Below, one piece after another: positions 23,228 to 34,895 of a DNA stretch of 64,000 nt; within the stretch, counting starts at the first letter, position 1, and each line of letters begins with the position of its first letter. Both the position numbers and the translations under genes were made by a program. Below the pieces are notes generated by a model that saw nothing but the letters and a program-made list of their open reading frames with translations, was not told the DNA's origin and searched no databases. The DNA is from Octopus vulgaris (Eukaryota), in the NCBI GenBank assembly GCA_951406725.2, contig OX597817.1:32364001-32428000 (forward strand). The letters are read 5' to 3'.

Positions 23228-25487
23228 CTGTGTTTGTCCCCCCAGTATTGCTTGACAACCGATGCTGGTGTGTTTACGTCCCCGTCACTTAGCGGTTCGG
23301 CAAAAGAGACCGATAGAATAAGTACTGGGCTTACAAAGAATAAGTCCCGGGGTCGATTTGCTCGACTAAAATGCGGTGCTCCAGCATGGCCACAGTCAAA
23401 TGACTGAAACAAGTAAAAGAGTAAAGAGTATATGAAATTGAATCAATACAGTAAAAGAAATACAGTTGTTATGTCATATGTCAGGCGATATGAAGCATCA
23501 GTCCATAGTGACAATATATCAGCTGATTTCTTTTATGTCACATTTATTGAACTAGTGACATAAAAAAAAAGGTAAGCATTGTGATTCAGCACAAGTTTTT
23601 TTTTTTTTAATCTATTGACACATTTCTTTGTGTGTGTGTGCACTCATGCATGTATAGTAATCCCTTGCCATATCGCAGTTCACCGATCACAGTTTATTAT
23701 TTAAGCTTACGTCGATTCCTCTACGGTGTTGTTTTGCATCATCATCATCATCATCTTCATTGTTTAATGTCTATTTTCCATGCTGGTATGGGTTGGACGG
23801 TTTGACTGAGGTCTGGACAGCCAGCAGCTGCACGAGGCTCCAATCTAATCTGGCAACGTTTCTGTAGCCGGATGCCCTTCCTAATCACCAACCACTATGA
23901 GAGTGTAGTGGGTGCATTTTACATGTCACAGTGGGTGCTTTTTACATGCTGGTACGGGTTGGATGGTTTGACTCAGGTCTGGAGAGCCAGCGGCTGCACC
24001 AAGCACCAATCTGATCTGGCAATGTTTCGGCAGCCGGATGCCCTTCCTATCACCAACCACTCCGAGTGTAGTGGGTGCTTTTTACTTGCCACAGGAACAG
24101 GAGCCTGTCAGGCAGGCCTGGCAACAATTCACGTGCCACTGGCACAGCAACCAGTCATGGGGCACTAGCATTGACCATGTTCGGATGGTGCTTTTTACAT
24201 GCCACCAGCACAGGAGCCAGTCAGGTGGACCTGGCACACCACCATACAAATTATAAAAATAATTTTAGAAAATATACAGTACAGTACTGTTTCATCATGG
24301 AGGTTTTGGGATTACTATATATATAAACACACATGCACACACACAATCATAATATCTATATATGATAATATATATGTATATCATCATCATCGTTTAACGT
24401 CCGCTTTCCATGCTAGCATGGGTTGGACGGTTCAACTGGGGTCTGGGGAGCCCGAAGGCTGCACCAGGCAGTGTTTGTACAGCTGGATGCCCTTCCTAAC
24501 GCCAACCACTCTGTATATATATAGATATAAAACAAAGAGATACAGAGATGCATGTATAGAGATGTTATTACACACACATAAATAAATGCCTGTGCATATG
24601 AACATACAAATATATAAACTTTCTTTTATTAAAACATTAAAATTCAACAAAACCTCTTTGTTGAACTCAATGTTTTAATACATTCACACTGAATGTTAAT
24701 ACTTTGAGTACTTTATTTCAAGTGACCATACCATGTTTCCGTAAACAAGTGCCCCTAGGATTTATCTGTATGTGTGTGTACATATATCTATTTCTTTACT
24801 AACCACAAAGGGCTAAACACAGAGAGGACAAACAAGGACAGACAAACGGATTAAGCCGATTATATCGACCCCAGTGCGTAACTAGTACTTATTTAATCGA
24901 CCCTGAAAGGATGAAAGGCAAAGTCGACCTCGGCGGAATTTGAACTCAGAACGTAGTGGCAGACGAAATACGGCTACGCATTTCGCCCGGCGTGGCCGTA
25001 TTTCGTCTGTCGTTACGTTCTGTGTGTACATATATTACCATCATCAACATATAACATCCATTTTCCATACTGGCATGGATTGGACAGTTTTGAGAGGTGC
25101 TGGCAAGGCTAAGATCCACACCAGGATCATTGTCTGTTTTGGTATGATTTCAACAGCTGGATGTCCTTCCTAATGCCAATCACTTTACAAAGTGTACTGG
25201 GTGTTTTTTACATGGCACCAGGACCAGTACATTTTATGGGGCATCAGTATCACCAGTACCTTGCATATATTCCTTTATTCTTTTACTTGTTTCAGTCATT
25301 TGACTGTGGCCATGCTGGAGCACTGCCTTTAGTCAAACAAATCGATCCCAGAGTTTATTCTTTGTAAGCTTAGTACCTATTCCATCAGTCTCTTTTGCCG
25401 AACCGCTAAGTTACGGGGACGTAACACACCAGCATCAGTTGTCAAGTGATGTTGGGAGGACAAACACAGACACACAAATGTATACCT

Positions 25488-25527
<40 letters not shown>

Positions 25528-28500
25528 GTGTGGAATTTTTAATTATTTAGACAGATACTCTTCTTGATGTTATCTACATAACTGTAAAGTAAAAATTGTA
25601 AATATTATTTCTTTATAGCAGGATGTTTGATACAATTAAAATAACCGTTTTACTACCACTGCTATACTTTATACAACTATAGTGTCTTATATTAAATCTT
25701 TAAAATCCATTATACTTACTTTCTTCTGCTTTTAGAAAATACTTCTTGGCCTTGAAACAAAAGAAAATGGTTTAAAATAGAAAATTACAAAAATATAGTT
25801 TGAAGAAAAGAAAACCTGATTTAAAAACAATAACAGGAGCAATAAAATATAACAGGATAAACAAGATCTGGGAACTTTTTTTCCCACTTTTCATTAACGA
25901 TGTCTTGCACAGAATTCATAAAGGGTTCATGTTCCCTCAGTAAACTGACTAAAATATCACACCACCACCACCATCATCATTATTATCATTTTGTCTGCTT
26001 CTCTAAGCTGGTATGGATTAGACAGGACTTTCTGGGGTATTTTTTCTTACTATTGGATGCTTTTCCTGATGACAACCATTTTTGTCAAGAATACAAAGTA
26101 TCTATTCTGAAAATTGGGATATATAAAGATGAATATTTAATTTTTTCTTCTCCATATTTTATTTTACAGAAGTTCAAACTAGGCTTAATAGGAGAGTTGT
26201 TCTGGTTCTTATTGTTTAGTCCCCAGTTCAACACTGATTGAGCAGACTTATGATCAAAGACATCCCATCCCTGACCATCATACCCTTTTAGGCATATCAA
26301 GAGCAAAATCTGCCTCAATAAACTTGCATTTGACTCACGCAAGCATAGAAAAAAAGTAGACTTTAAAACAATGATAAATCCATTCCTTCCTTCATGTTTT
26401 GATAGAATAAAATTCTTTGTAGTAATAATATATCGAGAACTTCTTCTTTTCTCTATATTTAAACAGTTTGACTCAAGTGTGTATATGGCAAACTGATTTT
26501 GTAAAGTGTTTATAAATTAATTACTAATGAAAAGAGTAAATGGCCAACAACTTACCTCTTCATAGGTTGAGGTAGGTGGAGTAGCAAACAGTGCACTAGC
26601 AACCTTTTGTTGATACCATGGCATATCAGCAAACATGAAGCACCTGAGAAATCAAAAAATAGCAATGGAAATTAAAAATAAAATAATCACTTGATTAATT
26701 AATTAAACAACATGAGTCTATATTATTAACCCTTTGATTGGGAGATTACATTTCATAGATATTCTAGTAATGATGTTAAATGTGAACCAAAAAATAGAAT
26801 AGTTTTCTGCAAATCATGATGATGCCTCAATAAACTTGATGTATCTTAATAAAATATAGTCTCAAACATGACATTCTTCACCGAAAGATATATCTCTCTA
26901 TATATAAAGCTGAAGTTGTCTGTGTATGGCAGGTTTGGTAGCCTTCAACTAACACTATCTCCTCCAAGACCCTGCAGCGCAAGTTGACCAAAATTGAAAG
27001 TATGATAGAAAAAGGCTTGTTCTTCCTTCCGTAGAAGAAAAAATTCAAATCGGACCATGTTAACACCAAAAATTATTTACATCAAAAAGGTGCTTTTTTT
27101 TTCTATGAAAATCCCTATTTTTTACCATTTTTTGACTGCTGTGTCGCCATTTTTCGGTGTATTTTAACCAGAAAAATGTTCACTTAAAGCTACATAATGC
27201 AAAATTTTTACTTTTCAAAAATTCCAATTCTAAAGGGTCGAAACAAGCATGAGCAACGCCAGGCAATACTGCTAGTTGGTATATAAAAATGTTTTCCACA
27301 GTAATAACGTTAAATGAAAAGAAATTAGAAAAAATAAGGCTTTGACTATATTTATATGGATGAAGTGCCTTTGATCAAAGGTGCTTGGTTACAACTGAAC
27401 TGAGACTAAATGACAAATACCACAGGCTATAAGCAGTATTTTTCCATTATAAATATGATGATTAAAAATAATTTTTTAATTGTTATGAGGAAAATAATAG
27501 CAACATAAGAAATTACTACTAACCAGTAACCTAACGAATGCCAACAAGTTGCATCATTTGGATTAAATTCAACAGCTTTCTGGAAATAAATATTGAAAAA
27601 GATTGTTATTTTCAAATTTTAAAGATTCATCTCTCAATTTTTATACCATTTTTATACCAAGAGAAATTTGTCGCTTCAACTCAAAATTGATTTAATATAG
27701 GTGCAGGCATGGCTATGTGACTTAGAAATTTGCTTCCCAACCGCATGGTCAAATTTTGGGCAAATGTTTTCAACTACAGCCTCAGGCTGGAAACTGGAAG
27801 AAGCTTGTTGTGTGTTTGTACATACATAAGTATGTACATATGTATGCATGCATGTATGTATATGTGTGATTGAGACATCTTCTCTTGACATCTTGTAATA
27901 GCTGTAAATGAGCATCACTGTCACACAAGTGGTGTCTTTCATTTCCAGTCTCCAACGAAAACCTGTCTGGTCATAAGGAAATATCACCTTGCTTGGAAAC
28001 AAGTGAGGGTTGGCGACAGAAAGATTATCCAGTAGTAGAAAACCTGGCTCAATGAATTCCATCTTATACATACAAGCATGGAAAAGTTGATGTGATGATG
28101 ATGATTTTTTGAAAATTAATCTCATGCATAACAATGACATCTTTTTAGAATTAATCTGTGAAATAATCTACTTTGACAAAAATCACAGTCAGATAAATCT
28201 GTTACCATAGCAGCTTATCAGTTTATTTTTCATATACCTCAGTAAAAGTGTTTGAATTGCTTGTTTGTATTTGTTTTGTTTTTGTACATCCATATTCCCA
28301 TAAAACAAGGGTTACCACAGCTGAATGCCTTTCTAACTACTAACCACTCAACCACAACATAGGAGCTAGTTTTTTGTCAGCCAACTAAACTGAAACAAGT
28401 AAAGTCACATGCTATACTCAGAAGCACAACATAATAGTTGCAATATTAAAATCTGAATCCATGACTATGTTGTTAATATTTTAATATCTTAACTTTATCA

Positions 28501-31500
28501 TCATCATCATCATCATCATTTAACGTCCGCTTTCCATGCTAGCATGGGTTGGACGATTTGACTGAGGTCTGGCGAACCAGACTCCAATCTGATCTGGCAG
28601 AGTTTCTACAGCTGGATGCCCTTCCTAACGCCAACCACTCCGAGAGTGTAGCGGGTGCTTTTACGTGCCACAGGCACGAGGGCCAGTTTGGTGGTACTGG
28701 CAACGACCACACCCAAATGGTGCTTTTTACATGCCACCTGCACAGGAGCCAGTCCAGCGGCACTGGTGACGACCTCGCTCAAATATTTCACATGCCACCA
28801 GCACAAGTGCTAGTAAGGCAACGCAGTAACGATCACACTCGAATGGTGTGCTTAACGTGCCATCAGCACGAAGGCCAGCTTGTTGCTCTGGCAACGATCT
28901 CACGTGTAGTACTCTTAGCACTCCACTAGCAATGGATGCCAGTCACCGAATTTGATTTCGACTTCAATTTCTCTTGCCTCAATTGGTCTTTATATCTTAT
29001 GCTATCTGGCAATGACATAATTTCAAATAACCTAATCCAATCCTGCAGTTAATATGTACAATGGAGAATAGATACTACAATACTGTACTCAACAAATGCA
29101 ATATATATAATTAAGAAACGTTTTGTTAGTTGACAATGTTATTTCTTCTCACAAGACTAAAACTGTAATACAATGACAGCTGCATCTAAGGAAGAAAAAA
29201 CATCTCAACCATGCTGTCACAACACTGCATCCTTCCAAACTTCCTTGCTTCCTGAAATTCGCCAACAGTAAATCTGATGCCCACTCCCACACACAAACAC
29301 ACTTTTTTAACCACTCATTCACTGTTCCTTTTCTGTGCGTTTCCCATGCTGGTGGCACATAAAAAGCACCAACCGATTGGGGCCAATGCCAGTATCTCCT
29401 GACTGACTCTTGTACCGGCAGTACATAAAAAGCACCATTCGAACGTGATTGATGCCAGGCCCACCTGACTGGCTCCTGTGCCAGTGGCACGTAAAAAGCA
29501 CCCACTACACTCTCAGAGTGGTTGGCATTAGGAAAGGCATCCAGCTGTAGAAACACTGCCAGATCAGATTGGAGCCTGGTGCAGCTGCTGGCTCTCCAGA
29601 CCTCAGTCAAACCATCTAACCCATGCCAGCATGGAAAACGGACATTAAACAATGATGATGACTGTTCTTGTACTTTTAGCAACATTTTCTGATGAGTTGT
29701 AGTGCATCTGAGCACTGTATACAAAAATTTCATTATAATTCAATGACAGTCTAAAAACTATTTTAACTTGTCAAATATTCTTACTATTTTGGCTTCTATA
29801 ACTCTATGGAGAGCTATATTGATTATAAGCAATCAAGCAATAATAACAATCAACTAACTAATCTTCAGAATTAATAACTAAAGCAATGTTAGTAACTCAA
29901 TTTTTCTTAATATGAAACAAAACAAAAAGATGTCATCAGCTTATAATAGATTTTAAAAATAAACTCACCAATAGATGTTCCTTTATTAAATAAGCATTCG
30001 AAATTCGAATTTTCAAACCTTCATATTGACCAATTTCATCGAGAAGAATAGCATACCACTGAAAATAAAATTACAAAGTATTCTTGAAAATATTTTTGTT
30101 TTGGTTTGGAGCGGAGATGCACAGACCATAGAAATATATTTGTATATATTTGTGAGACAATCTACTTTAACAAGTCTATATCAGCCTATCATATTGTTAC
30201 ATAAGGTTGCTTCATAAACAACCTTATGTAACAATACAATAGGTTAACATTCAACAATTACTATAAGACAGGACTTTTATTTTAACACTAAATAAGGATT
30301 TCTTACAATGACAAAAGACCAGAAATTTGTGAAAGTGAGTGTAGTTAACTAAATACAACGCTCTAACCACTGAGCCATGCGCCTTCACTTATAAACAGCA
30401 TACATAATATAAATTCCTTGTCTTATAAATATAGAATTGTAAAATTGAATACTGTTAAACATTCAGTCTAACATTCTACTGTTTCTGTCCCTTAAATCTA
30501 TCTCCAAATAAATGATATTTATTTACCTTGTGACATGCATAGTTCTTGTCATTTAGAGCAAGAGCTCTTTTAGCATAACCAAAAGACTCATACATGAATG
30601 TTTTCCGTGCATCTTTGTTGTGTTCTCTCTTTGCTTTGTCATATGCCGCCCGAGATAGACGCCACAGCAACTGATCATCCTCGCAATTTTGATATGGTTT
30701 CAAAAGATCATATAATTTACAAGTTTCATAAGCTGTGTGAAGTTGGTCAGCTTTTTCAAAAATTTCTTTGAAGTTTAAAATTTCACTGCTGGCTGAAAAT
30801 ACAAAAGAGAAATGCCTCATTTGTCAGTGGTACAAAAGTCCCATTTTTCTTGCACTCAAAAATTTTGTTCAATCACTTATATCAAGTGTTTAGTCAATTA
30901 TTCCTATGCCATCCTGAAAACATTAGAAAATCCAGACAATCCTTCATTAATACAATACAAACAATAACTCTGAGCACCTTTTCAAACTCCACCTGTCTAA
31001 CACTCTTGGACATGTTTACAAAGTCAGAAAACAGCACAGCTCCCGTAACTTTCAGAAACATTTTTTCACGCTAAGAGTTGCTGAAGTATGGAACAGACTG
31101 CCAGCATCAGTTGTTAGTTGTCGGAGCAGAGCATCCTTCAAAACTTCCATGTTTCCTGAGATTTGCCAACACTACACCTGATTTTCTCCCCTACATACAC
31201 ACGCAAGCATGTATCTGACTCATACACAGTTCACTTTCCAGACATTTGTACATTACTGCATATGCTCTATACGCACTTTTGACAAGTTGTGGTGCACCTG
31301 AGCACTGTATACAATAATTTAATTATTTTTTTTTTTTAGGAAGTGTATCCAGCCAGAGAAACCACACCTCAACAGACAGCTGGAGTCTGGACAGCTCCCC
31401 ACTAGCCAATTCCATGTCAAACTGTTCAACCCATGCCAGCATGGAAAGTGGACATTAAACAATGATGATGATGAAGTAATGTTATTGTAAATTTATTAGT

Positions 31501-33392
31501 GTAGTTTATGAGCTATTCATTTGTTCCCATTCTCCACCTCCTCTTCCAACTGGGATAACCATGTATCACTCCTACAGCAAGACACCTATTCTGCTCCCCC
31601 CATTATACATTAAGCTCTCACCACCTGGCATAAAGCCACCTCCCTCAATACTATTCCTGCCTCAGTTGAAGGGGTCTTGTCTCCCAAGTTACCTGGAAAC
31701 CTCACTAGTGCTGGTACCATGTAAAAAGCATCCAATACTCTCTTATAAAGTGGTTGGTGTTAGGAAGGGCACGAACCATAGAAGCCATATTAAGTAGACA
31801 TTGAAGCTTGATGCAATCCTGTGGCTCACCAGCTCCTGTAAAACTGTCCAATCCATACAAGCATGTGTTAAACAAAGGTGATGATGATGATTATCAAGAC
31901 CACAACCAGTTGCAAGACTCACTTCTCCTGAATATTCCTCAAAAATCAATAAAGAACAGGGCTTGCAAGCTAGAAGGCTATACCAGACTCCAGTCTGATT
32001 TGACATAGTTTCTATGGCTGGATGCCCTTCCTAATGCCAGCCACTCTGAGAATGTAATGAGTGCTTTTATGTGCCACCAGTATGGGTGCCATTTGAATGA
32101 CTCCAGTATCTGCCACGACTGCGACTTTGCTTGGCTTGATGGGTCTTCTCAAGCATGACGTAATGCCAAAGGTTTTGATCATTGCCTCTGATAGGCCTTC
32201 TAATTCTTCTGATGAAGGATTAGTGTCCAAAATATTAAGACTATGTCATTTTTTTAAAGCCTAAAACTAATACAATATTAGTTAAAACTTGTCCCTCCTG
32301 TGTTGCATTTTCTTCTTGTTCATTGTCTTCATCTTAGTCAGTGTATGTGCACGTGCATGCACATGCATACAATGCACAAAACTCTGGTAGACACAAAACC
32401 TTGGAAGGCAGAAACTGAAAAGAAGCCTGTGTATACCTGACTTTTTGTCTCCTTTGACATCACATATTAGTTGTAAACAAACATCACTATTATATCAACT
32501 GTTTATTTACAATTTCTCATAAAAATATGTCCAGATTAAGGGAAACTATCATGAGACACTTAGAATCAGGAGGGAGGTAATAACAAAAAGAATATTTGGC
32601 TGTAGAAAATCCACCCCAATAAAATCCATTTGAGCCATGTAGACCTAGAAAAATAGACAATAAAAAATGATGACAGTGATGATTTATCTGGGACTACACT
32701 ACCCAGTGTAGTCCTACATACACCATTTTTTAAGATGCTAGGGTGTGGTTTGAGAGGAATTTGGTTGCTATTTCTAATATGTTGAGTGAACGTGTGGAGG
32801 TTCTCTTGTTAGCTCATGTCTTAATATTACTGATAGTGTTGATGAGTGACAGTGCATGGCTCAGTGATTTAGATCGTCAAACTTATGATTGTGAGGTTAT
32901 GAGTTCGAATCCTGGACCGGGCTGAGTGTTGTGTTCTTGGGCAAGACACTTTATTTCACGTTGCTCCAGTTCACTCAGCTGTAGAAATGAGTTGCGACGT
33001 CATAGGTGCCAAGCTGTATCAGCCTTTGCCTTTCCCTTGGATAACACTGGTAGCGTGGAGAGGGGAGGCTGGTATGCATGGGCGACTGCTGGTCTTCCAT
33101 AAACAACCTTGCCCGGACTTGTGCCTGGGAGGATAACTTTCTAGGTGCAATCCCATGGTCAGTCATGACCAAAAGGGGTCTCAGCAGTGTTGATGAAAGC
33201 ATAATGCTGACAGGCTATGAAATAATGTATTAACAACTAATAAAATTTCCTTTTTGATAAAAGAGAGAAGTATATCCAACCTGCTGGTGTAGTTTCTTGA
33301 GTTGTTTCTGAAGCCATGCTGACAGCAAGCAATGTCACTGGTGTGAAAAGGCCTGCCCGGATGTGTAACTGTTTCTTTACTGCTAGAGAAAC
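18323..33392 (-). CDS. RMDN1: Regulator of microtubule dynamics protein 1 (RMD-1/FAM82B, TPR-like); spliced gene, exons join(33281..33392,30527..30792,29969..30058,27524..27579,26556..26643,25720..25750,20086..20219,18323..18370)
   Basis: All introns are GT..AG and exon phases chain without stops. Translation from Met 33317 (249 aa): MASETTQETTPAASSEILNFKEIFEKADQLHTAYETCKLYDLLKPYQNCEDDQLLWRLSRAAYDKAK...ACHKWYAILLDEIGQYEGLKIRISNAYLIKEHLLKAVEFNPNDATCWHSLGYWCFMFADMPWYQQKVASALFATPPTSTYEEAKKYFLKAEEIDPNFYSMNLAMLGKT...KKIGNK*. It matches RMDN1 motifs recalled from the vertebrate protein (LLWRLARA, HKWYAI, NPKDAT, MPWYQ..A..LFATPP.STYE, DPNFYS.NL..LGKT). Confidence 0.95.
18934..19598. mobile_element. 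Non-autonomous DNA transposon with about 32-bp imperfect TIRs (superfamily unassigned)
   Basis: gtcatagaagaggcaatgtccatgaccttttt versus aaaaaggtcacaggcattgtttctcctatgac; no clear TSD. Confidence 0.55.
20086..20219 (-). CDS. RMDN1: RMDN1 exon (134 nt; IDPNFYSMNLAMLGKTLVRLNENDDARKYLNKVSSYAIRTVDDKK)
   Basis: Acceptor (t)n-gcag|TT and donor AAG|gtgacg; phase 1/0. Confidence 0.95.
20667..20882. mobile_element. piggyBac-type MITE (family B); decayed copies about 16794-17000 and 36537-36760
   Basis: TTAA|CCCTTTAGCATT ... AATGCTAAAGGG|TTAA. Confidence 0.85.
22470..22885 (-). mobile_element. Family-6 CORE-type SINE (3' part), interrupted by a piggyBac MITE; other copies about 45605-45875 (+) and 51755-52066 (+)
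   Basis: Shared body aagggccagccttgtcacattctg..gagaactacgttaagggt..gtctgtggagtgctcagccact and tail gatcaactggaac..tcgt.gtc.taacc. Confidence 0.75.
22583..22802. mobile_element. piggyBac-type MITE (family A, 220 bp)
   Basis: TTAA|CCCTTTCGTTAC ... GTAACAAAAGGG|TTAA; the host SINE reads cccTTAAcgtag when it is excised. Confidence 0.9.
23033..23428 (+). mobile_element. Family-1 SINE, full length, young (CpGs intact)
   Basis: Matches consensus. Confidence 0.92.
23738..24240 (-). mobile_element. Family-3 RTE-related repeat (partly duplicated)
   Basis: (CAT)n, two tail blocks, and ggtgctttttac.tgccac units. Confidence 0.8.
25720..25750 (-). CDS. RMDN1: RMDN1 micro-exon (31 nt; AKKYFLKAEE)
   Basis: Acceptor ttttgtttcaag|GCC and donor AAA|gtaagt; phase 0/1. 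It is required to join the flanking exons in frame. Confidence 0.9.
26556..26643 (-). CDS. RMDN1: RMDN1 exon (88 nt; CFMFADMPWYQQKVASALFATPPTSTYEE)
   Basis: Acceptor tttctcag|G and donor GAG|gtaagt; phase 2/0. Confidence 0.95.
26893..27275 (+). mobile_element. Non-autonomous Helitron in an RMDN1 intron
   Basis: A|TCTCTCTATATATAAAG ... gagcaacgccaggcaatactgCTAG|T. Confidence 0.8.
27524..27579 (-). CDS. RMDN1: RMDN1 exon (56 nt; KAVEFNPNDATCWHSLGY-W)
   Basis: Acceptor atttccag|AAA and donor TG|gttagt; phase 0/2. Confidence 0.95.
28498..28990 (-). mobile_element. Family-3 RTE-related repeat, long form with tandem internal units; similar long copies 29345-29660 (+), 31540-31890 (+), 31960-32190 (-), 37680-38480 (-), 58990-59315 (-), 60175-60488 (-)
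   Basis: (CAT)n tail block plus several repeats of ggtgcttt(t)tacgtgccac..gcac. Confidence 0.85.
29969..30058 (-). CDS. RMDN1: RMDN1 exon (90 nt; WYAILLDEIGQYEGLKIRISNAYLIKEHLL)
   Basis: Acceptor ttttattttcag|TGG and donor TTG|gtgagt; phase 0/0. Confidence 0.95.
30527..30792 (-). CDS. RMDN1: RMDN1 exon (266 nt; SSEILNFKEIFEKADQLH...NYACHK)
   Basis: Acceptor ttttgtattttcag|CC and donor CACAAG|gtaaat. Lies within ORF 30476..30820. Confidence 0.95.
30957..31326 (+). mobile_element. CR1-type LINE 3' end
   Basis: Near-identical to the 3' part of 3277-4063 (NNSEHLFKLHLSNT...). Confidence 0.9.
32850..33182 (+). mobile_element. Family-5 tRNA/CORE-type SINE; second copy 50345-50680 (-)
   Basis: Head gcatggctcagtg..gagttcgaatcc, CORE-like tgtgttcttgggcaagacactttatttcacgttgctccagttcactcagctg, and a shared tail. 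Confidence 0.8.
33281..33392 (-). CDS. RMDN1: RMDN1 exon (112 nt; VSLAVKKQLHIRAGLFTPVTLLAVSMASETTQETTPA), contains in-frame ATG at 33317
   Basis: Acceptor cttgtacttttag|GTT and donor GCAG|gttgga. Ends in phase 1, matching the phase-1 acceptor of the next exon. The ATG is in strong context (AGCATGG). Confidence 0.8.
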
Positions 33393-33659
33393 CTAAAAGT
33401 ACAAGAAATACGAAAATAAATAAATGATGACTTTGTGACAGCTTAGAAAATGGGGAAAAGAAAGTGAAAAAAGAGGAGACATGAAAGGAAATTTTTATAA
33501 CTAAAATATAAGTGGAAGAAAGGGGGAAAAATGTAAATTGTGAGTCGACAACTCTTTAAGAGTTGTTAACTCACAAATAAGACACATGATACATTGATAA
33601 AAATTAACTTTACAAAGTTTTACATGAATTCAAGGTACCATATTTCCCAACATCAAGGA

Positions 33660-33869
33660 TACTCTACTCTTTTACTTGTTTCAGTCATTTGACTGCGGCC
33701 ATGCTGGAGCACCGCCTTTAGTCGATCAAATCGACCCCGGGACTTATTCTTTGTAAGCCCAGTACTTATTCTATCGGTCTCTTTTGCCGAACCGCTAAGT
33801 GATGGGGACGTAAACACACCAGCATCGGTTGTCAAGCAATGCTAGGGGGACAAACACAGACTCACAAAG

Positions 33870-33903
<34 letters not shown>

Positions 33904-34074
33904 CATATATACGACAAGCTTCTTTCAGTTTCCATCTACCAAATCCACTCACAAGGTATTGGTCGGCCCGGGGCTATAGCAGAAGACACCTGCCCAAGAT
34001 GCCACGCAGTGGGACTGAACCCGGAACCATGTGGTTGGTTAGCAAGCTACTTACCACACAGCCACTCCTGCGCC
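33660..34074 (-). mobile_element. Family-1 SINE, full length
   Basis: Matches consensus. Confidence 0.92.
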
Positions 34075-34895
34075 TATTTTTTAAATTTTTTATATTTTTT
34101 TGCTTTTCCTAAAATAAGTCTCAAAACTTAATCATGTATCCAAGAGGATGAAATTGTTACAATTTTTATAAACAATTTAAACCCCGAAGGAGAATTATCC
34201 ACACTAAACTTAGGGGATATAGTAGAAGATACTTGCCCCAGGTACATTGCAGTAGAACTGAACCCAAAACTGCATGGCTAAATAGCAAACATCTTAACGA
34301 TACAGCCATGATAATTTAATTTGACTATGAACAAAAGGCATTTCACAAACTAGTTTAGTTAGAGAAAATCCAAGTGAATGTGAGTGACTTTATTTTACTT
34401 ATTACTCTGTGGGTTTGATTATTTTTTTTAATTAATGATTTATATATCTTTTACTTGTTTAAGTCATTGCACTACAGCTATGCTGGGGCACCACCTTGAA
34501 AAGATTAGTTGAACAAATTAACCCAAATATTTATTGGTATTTATTATACCATTATCTCTGGTATTTACTGTACCATTATCTTTTGCTAAACTGCTAAGTC
34601 ACAGGGACCTAAAAAAAACAACAGTTAGTGGTAGGAGGATAAACACAAAGTCTCACACACACACACACACACACAAGCATTGATTGGGCCAGGGCTATAG
34701 TAGATGCCCACAGTGCTGCACAGTGAGACTGAACCCAAAACCTCATGGTTGCAAAGCAGGCTTCTTAACCAAGTGACCCTTCATAAAATATTTGCATGGA
34801 TTCTTATTTCATTTTTTTTATTTTATGTGATATGTCTATTTACAAAAACCAAGATAAGTTATATAAATAGTAAATTTATTAATAGAATGTGTTTC

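Noticed and set aside
23005-23412. 135-aa ORF and its many look-alikes (e.g. 4578..4889, 9222..9587, 33829..34131, 34930..35298)
   Set aside because: They are translations of family-1 SINE copies in various frames, not genes.
29149-29733. Longest ORF in the track (194 aa) and similar FLQLDALPNANHS ORFs
   Set aside because: Antisense read-through of the family-3 repeat plus a CR1 tail; the peptide recurs only because the repeat does.
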